42,895 nucleotides of DNA from Octopus bimaculoides. Its lineage: Eukaryota. The translations under genes and the position numbers were made by a program. The notes under the pieces are model-generated. The model was not told the DNA's origin. It made no database searches and worked only from the letters and a program-made list of their open reading frames with translations. Positions 37,130 through 42,895 of this stretch are shown here, one piece after another (the first letter of the stretch is position 1; every line of letters begins with the position of its first letter). The stretch is from contig NC_068982.1 of the NCBI RefSeq assembly GCF_001194135.2, positions 96,065,988 to 96,108,882 of the forward strand, written 5' to 3'.

Positions 37130-37530
37130 GCGATTTACAACTTCAAGTACAAGTTCTCTTACCTAATCTGTTATATGAAATCTAATCATTAGAGCTCAAA
37201 CATGTACCTTGTAGGGTAAGCTTGTTATAATAGGTCAATGTATTTCGCGTCGAAGATCAGCGTCAACAACCAGACAGCATGTCTTTAATTCTTACCACTT
37301 AACCAAAAATCCAATGACCTCCATCCCACTGCTCTCAGTGATATATCCGGTGTATATATTTGGAGATTCATTAATCTCCGCGGTTATTGGAAATTTTTCA
37401 TCATTCAATTCACCGAATTGCTGTGAATGACTCTCCATGTGTTGCTCGCATATATCTCCTGGGTAAACGTATCAAACACCGTATTCCGATTTATCTCTAA
37501 TTCGATGATAGTCCGAGAGTAATTTCTTAC
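37130..37530 (-). pseudogene. decayed ORF of unidentified (probably TE or viral) origin
   Basis: A single minus frame of ~130 codons with few stops: VSKKLLSDYHRIRDKSEYGV*YVYPGDICEQHMESHSQQFGELNDEKFPITAEINESPNIYTGYITESSGMEVIGFLVKW*ELKTCCLVVDADLRREIH*PIITSLPYKVHVLSSND*. Confidence 0.45.
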
Positions 37531-37666
37531 TCACATACAGGAGTTAAATGCAAAGAACAAACAGACTTGTTCACCGCATGTAAAGGTTAGACAATGCCAC
37601 TACTTTCCATCAATGGAAGGATTTTTACAGCAATAACAGATAACCCTTTAACATGCATCGAGTCAC

Positions 37667-37676
37667 NNNNNNNNNN
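37667..37676. other. assembly gap (10 N)
   Basis: N run. Confidence 1.
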
Positions 37677-38004
37677 AATATATTTTCTGTGGTATAAGCT
37701 GATAGGTATATTACTTTGAAGTGGCGTACTTCAGTTACAAGATCTGCAACACTATACATTAATACCACGTGAATGAAATATAGATCTTGCTTTCACTTTA
37801 TTCCTATATTTACTGCCATCACTCTTGCTTTTTTTTTGTTGTGTTTTTGTTTAGTTTTGTTGTGTTTTTGTCCTTTTTTCTAATCTCATTCTTTTCCCAT
37901 TTTACATTCACTTTGATAACACCTTAAAATAAGATCTAACATCTCATTCTTATTCTGAGTTTTCCATTATTCATGATCGACTCTTGCATTTCGCTGAAAC
38001 ATGC

Positions 38005-38740
38005 AGGAGTGGGGCAAAATGGCTAAATAGGACAAAATGGATAAGTTGTACAAAATGAGTAATTTTCGATCTTTTGCATTTCTTTTTCCTACTTGTCTAA
38101 AATTGTTACACTGCAAGTGTTGCATCATCATTTTCTACTATTGCATCACTTTTAGCAGTAAAAGTTGGTCGGCATAGCTGTTGTTGAGAGAGTTTGAAAG
38201 AGCTGATAGATACTTTGTTTTCAAGAAATTTTTCCTCAACTTTGGCCCGATTGTGAATGAGGTTACTAATAAAATATTTGAATAATATTTGGTGTTTAAC
38301 AATAAAAATTCTTTTCTCTGTTGGATTCCAAATCAATTTCTCCCGCACTAATGTCTAATTTGATAGTTTTCAATTTTCAAAAACTGACGTCTAAAGCGGG
38401 ACAAAATGAGTAATGACTAATTTCAATTTCTTCTATTCAACAGCATGGTGCGTGAATATATCAGGAAGAAAGCCATTCCAGCAGATCGTGAATAAGCTAT
38501 AGAGAATGTTTTATACAGAGTAGTTAGATTTAGGTCAAGTTTCATTAATTTTATATCATGTGCCGTTTTTTCAAGATGCTCTTTCATTTTACCTAGGTAT
38601 TTTAAATTTTTCTTGCATTTCTGATCTTTCTGATGTTTAAAGATGGATATTGACATGTATGAGTCTTTTTTCAAATGTAACTATGGAGAACCGAAAAGAC
38701 AAATTTACCATACTCTGACTTACTCATTTTGCCCCATCTA
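38005..38740 (+). mobile_element. pogo-like DNA transposon deletion derivative
   Basis: Inverted ends TGGGGCAAAATG (~38010) and CATTTTGCCCCA (~38726), repeated subterminal (G)ACAAAATGAGTAA-like motifs, and an internal MVREYIRKK start (38446) resembling pogo/Tigger transposase N-termini. Confidence 0.55.
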
Positions 38741-38944
38741 AATTTGTCTTTAGGGGTACGCTAAGGTCTGAGAGGTGTAGGTTGGAAGACGGGGCTAAAC
38801 ATATAAATCATTTTTCTCCATGAGCCGAAAAGTAGAGGAATCCATACCACTGCGTACTACCCACCCCCACCCACAATTTCCATCACTAAGTATCTTACTT
38901 CAGGCTGTAACTCTAACCGAGACCGTCTTAAAAGTATTATAGCC

Positions 38945-39000
38945 ATCACCACCACCACCACCACCACCACCACCACCAACACCACCATCACCACCATCAT
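38945..39000. repeat. (CAC)n microsatellite
   Basis: Direct reading of the sequence. Confidence 0.95.
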
Positions 39001-39699
39001 CGATATATATATATCGAAAAAATACCTTTATTTTTTGACACCAAGCATACACAGGTTAGCATATGAACATCAGATCCGTGGGGTTCTTGTCCAACTGTCT
39101 CTAGTTAAGACTTCAACTCACAGTCATATAAATATGCAGAGAAAATTCCCCGAAAAATCGAAGAGAAAGCCTGTGCAGACATTTCATTAGATTCGAATTT
39201 CCCTTTGGGCGAGGAAAAAAAAAATGGAAATTTGCACCTAATGCCTTGTCTCTGTAGAAGTTTCGTTCGCAAGATTTTGTGTATGAAAGAAGAAATATGA
39301 GATATTGCTAAAATTCAATCGAATATAGTTCATCGAAGTAGTGAGGTATAAATTTTTAAAAAATAAATAATGAAGACCCATAAAGCACCAAAAGAAAATG
39401 TGAATAAACTGAAAATACTGTGTTTTTTATAAGTATGTCTATTAACTCTAAATGAAGCCGTCTGTTACTATAGCAACGAAGTAGTCAACAGAAGTTCATG
39501 GGAGATAACTCTTTCATTTTACGAAACACCACCGTACTTTGGCTCATCTTTAGTACCAGTGTCCTGCCCTTCTATAAAAAGATAGCAGAATGTAATTTGA
39601 GAAAGATTTGATTGCGATATCTAGTCGGTGGAAGAGCTTCTTTCATAAGCTCGCGTCTTACTCTGTTTTATAATCTGGAAGTTGCAATTTTTTTCATCT

Positions 39700-40151
39700 T
39701 TTACTTGTTTCAGTCATTGGACTGCGGCCATTCTGGAGCACCACCTTGAAGGGTTTTAGTTGAATAGATCGACCACAGTACTTAATTCTTAAAATCTGGT
39801 ACTTATTCTATAAGTCACTTTCGCCGAACGGCTAAGTTACGGGGACGTAAACAAACCAAGACCGGTTGTCAAGCTGTGGTCGGGAACAAACTCAAACATT
39901 TTTCAATTTAGGGAAAACAACACTTGACATGCCTCGTGGACATGCCTACTCTTTCACTTGTTTCAGTGATTTCACTGCGGCCATGCTGGAGCACTGCCTT
40001 TAGTCGAACAAACCGACCCCAGGACTTATTCTTTGTAAGCCTAGTACTTATTCTATCGCTTTTGCTGAACCGCTATGTTACGGGAACGTAAACACATCAA
40101 CATCGGTTGTCAAGCAATGGTGGGGGCGGGACAAACACAGACACAAATACA

Positions 40152-40170
<19 letters not shown>
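39700..40170 (-). mobile_element. two tandem 5'-truncated SINE family A copies
   Basis: The unit TTTACTTGTTTCAGT...CTGCGGCCAT.CTGGAGCAC...GCCGAAC.GCTAAGTTACGGG.ACGTAAACA occurs at ~39700-39890 and ~39950-40170. Confidence 0.8.
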
Positions 40171-40184
<14 letters not shown>

Positions 40185-40561
40185 TGTATTTCGAGATATT
40201 CATTTTATTTATTAATTTTTTTTTTTGCCAAATAAACACATGCACTATATATTTTTTAAAGAAAACTAATTTAATCATCCTTAAGACATTTCCCCAGAAA
40301 TGCAATTTCCACGTGTGAACACTACGGTCAGGCATAAAATAAACAGGACAGATCTCCATACAGGAAATCAAATTTAACAAAGAATACTAAAATCAAGTGT
40401 CTTTAAAATGTTACCGAGAAAAGAATAAAAATACTTTTCAGATCATCTGAAGTATCATGTCAGCAGAATGGCCATGTGAAGCATCCTCGCCCAGCCTACC
40501 GTGAATATTTGTATAATTAGAATAATATAAATGCACACCGTTGTCTTACGAATCTTTACTG

Positions 40562-40601
40562 TATAGGTTGTTGCTGTTGCTGCTGCTGCTGTTGCTGTCG
40601 C

Positions 40602-40662
<61 letters not shown>

Positions 40663-40745
40663 GACGGTAACTATGTTGTTGATGGTAGTGGTGGCTGCTG
40701 TACTGATGTTTATGGCGGTGGTGGCAGTGGTAGTGGCAGCAGCAC
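40562..40745. repeat. compound (GCT)/(GTT)/(GGT) trinucleotide microsatellite
   Basis: Direct reading. It explains the polyQ, polyN and polyL ORFs in the track. Confidence 0.95.
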
Positions 40746-40914
40746 AGCTTGGAGTGTACAGACTGCACAGGGTTACCCACTTTATATACACACATTTGTT
40801 GTAGTCGAAGTCGTGGACAATTTGGTTACAACACAGAGCGGCCAAAACCCACGTTAGGACTTTGGGTGGTGGTGCGATCGACTGACCCACTCACCCGAAA
40901 TTGCTGTCTTTGTG

Positions 40915-41125
40915 CCAAAACTTTTAAACAATTGTTACCGCACCGGACAAAATGTGTAGTGGCATTTCTTCCGACTTATTGTTCTGAGTTCAAATGCTGC
41001 CGAAGTTGACTTTGCCTTTCATCCTTTCAAGGTCGATAAAATAAGTACCAGTTGAGCTGGGGTCGATGTAATCGACTTACGTTCTACCACGAAATTGCTG
41101 GCCTTGGGCCAAAATTTGAAGCTAA
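40915..41125 (+). mobile_element. SINE family D copy
   Basis: GGACAAAATGTGTAGTGGCATTTCTTCCGAC...TTTGCCTTTCATCCTTTCAAGGTCGATAAAATAAGTACCAGTTGAG...GAAATTGCTGGCCTTG. Confidence 0.8.
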
Positions 41126-42016
41126 TACAGGAGGCTGCAAAAGAATTAATAGTAATCTCACTAACAAAAGAATGGCATGGTGGGGTGGCGGATAAATTTG
41201 ATCAAGAAAAATCAAGTATTACGCTTGCTGTTTATATTACGAATCATTGCGGACGATATTAGTAAATATTTCTGGTAATATTGTATATTATCTCCCTTGC
41301 ATCATGAAATTTTGATTTCGTCAGTCGCAAGTAGGTTATCTTGTCTGACTCGAAGTCATTCGAGCGGCTCAACAAAATTATAATCGAAAGAATTCTAGCC
41401 TTAGCTTTTAGGTCGTTGTTGTTTAATCCCAGTTCAACTTTGGTCGAGTAAGCTCATGATCAAAGGCACATCAGCTATGACCATACCTATTTTGTTGAGA
41501 CGCTAGGACTATTAATTATAATTTAACCTTGAAGTCGAAGAGTTTGATTTGAGGAAGTCCTAAATGCGAAATCTAGCTTGTCTAGTGATGTCATCAGCAT
41601 TAGCAAGCCAAAAAAAAATTATAGTGGTTAGTGTTAACATATTTAAGGCGTGGGTTATCCCAGTTTTTAATGACAATTTTTAATGGGGGTGAGATAACCA
41701 AAAAGGACCCTTTTGCTTTCATTGGCTTTCACAGAAAACTGCCGTAGACCACAGTGAGATTTGAACTCGGAACTGAGACAGCAAACTAAGACAGCCATGA
41801 AGTGCTATACCTTGATGACTCAGCTGTCATTGTGATGATGATAGTAACAGCAATGTGAATGACCGCTTCCGTTGAGTTTGTGATGATAATGGTGATGACA
41901 ACAATAATGTAACTGTTTAAGACACTAGTGATGACGCAGCTGTTTTCCTTGGATGCTTTACATGACGCTAAACCAAATGTAGCATGGGAGTTCCCAATCT
42001 AGAGTATACCACATAT

Positions 42017-42017
<1 letters not shown>

Positions 42018-42060
<43 letters not shown>

Positions 42061-42118
42061 GTCCTGTCTGTCTGTCTGTCTCTCTCTGTTTCTATCTGTC
42101 TCCCTCTCTCTCTGTGTT

Positions 42119-42163
<45 letters not shown>

Positions 42164-42181
42164 TTTCCTGTCTATCTCCTC

Positions 42182-42226
<45 letters not shown>

Positions 42227-42240
42227 TGTATGTATATGTA
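42018..42240. repeat. compound (CT)n/(TATC)n/(TA)n microsatellite
   Basis: Direct reading of the sequence. Confidence 0.95.
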
Positions 42241-42628
42241 TTAAGAAGGAAGTATACACAAAAGGGAGGTGGAAGTTTTAACAAAAATTGTGTTAACATG
42301 ACGGTTAAAAAAGACAAAGAACGACAAAGAAGAAAAACAAAAGAGGAAACTAAATTTAAAAGAAAGGAAACGGGGAAGAGAGAGAGAGAGAGAAGATGAA
42401 AGAGGTGAGATAGTCGAGGGAAATTAGGTGCAATGTAGAGAACAGTGAAAAGAAGAAAAGGTCCGCATAAGCATTAAAATTGTGTATTAGGAATGCAATT
42501 AGCACAGGCGAAAGAAAAGAATACGGGGTGTGAGGACGACAAGATTTAACAAAAGTTATATTAGTTAACGTGTAAAAAGAAGAGAAAGAACTTTGACATT
42601 TCGGACGCTTGTTCTTTATCAGAAGAAA

Positions 42629-42693
<65 letters not shown>
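42629..42693. repeat. (TATC)n microsatellite
   Basis: Direct reading of the sequence. Confidence 0.95.
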
Positions 42694-42895
42694 GGACAGA
42701 CGGTAGACGTGTCGGCTCCGTAAGTTTTGACTTATTCATGTTTTAAAAAGTTTGTTTGTAAAGTTTATTTTATATAGAAAGTTGTATAACAACTTGTATA
42801 CTCTCTGGTGCAAGTTTTTTACGACGGAAATCTGCCCTGTGTGGCACATTTCCAGGATATAAAAACCAATTTCGGCTTTCTAGCCATTTTTTTTG

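Noticed and set aside
40541-40890. polyQ, polyN and polyL ORFs suggesting a transcription factor
   Set aside because: Fully explained by a trinucleotide microsatellite that is open in several frames on both strands, with no domain.
1-42895. CRISPR array, rRNA, operon or prokaryotic defence system
   Set aside because: The DNA is eukaryotic intronic/intergenic. The repeats are microsatellites, SINEs or local duplications, with no repeat-spacer periodicity.

Overview
AT-rich, repeat-dense animal genomic DNA with four assembly gaps. The SINE families and microsatellite load suggest an octopus or other coleoid cephalopod (inference). The only host gene I can support is the 5' part of a TCP11-family (T-complex protein 11-like) gene on the minus strand. 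It has three phase-compatible coding exons (10985-11105, 6228-6339, 2532-2652) encoding MSDTPNESKEKESTLEMNSSQSESKSFKRMMPDEPFLLHLSSEKSTEIYNCFRDMELLHEIVINEKYELERPQPPENSFYKRIHTIFHNLFWNQIDEQLNATPPDYKSAIQIIETIRE. The rest of the gene lies in the gap at 929-1792 or off-window. A candidate promoter (ETS-CRE composite plus CCAAT) sits at about 31.05 kb, with candidate non-coding or micro-exons between it and the start-codon exon. The remainder is transposon debris: several tRNA-derived SINE families, a hAT MITE with perfect TSDs, Penelope, Tc1, pogo-like, piggyBac-like, CR1/RTE-like and CRE-clade remnants, and microsatellites. Most ORFs in the supplied track are gap or microsatellite artefacts. I found no convincing novel multi-gene system. 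The best leads are splicing and regulatory features of the TCP11-like gene, the CRE-clade retroelement and an unidentified decayed ORF.
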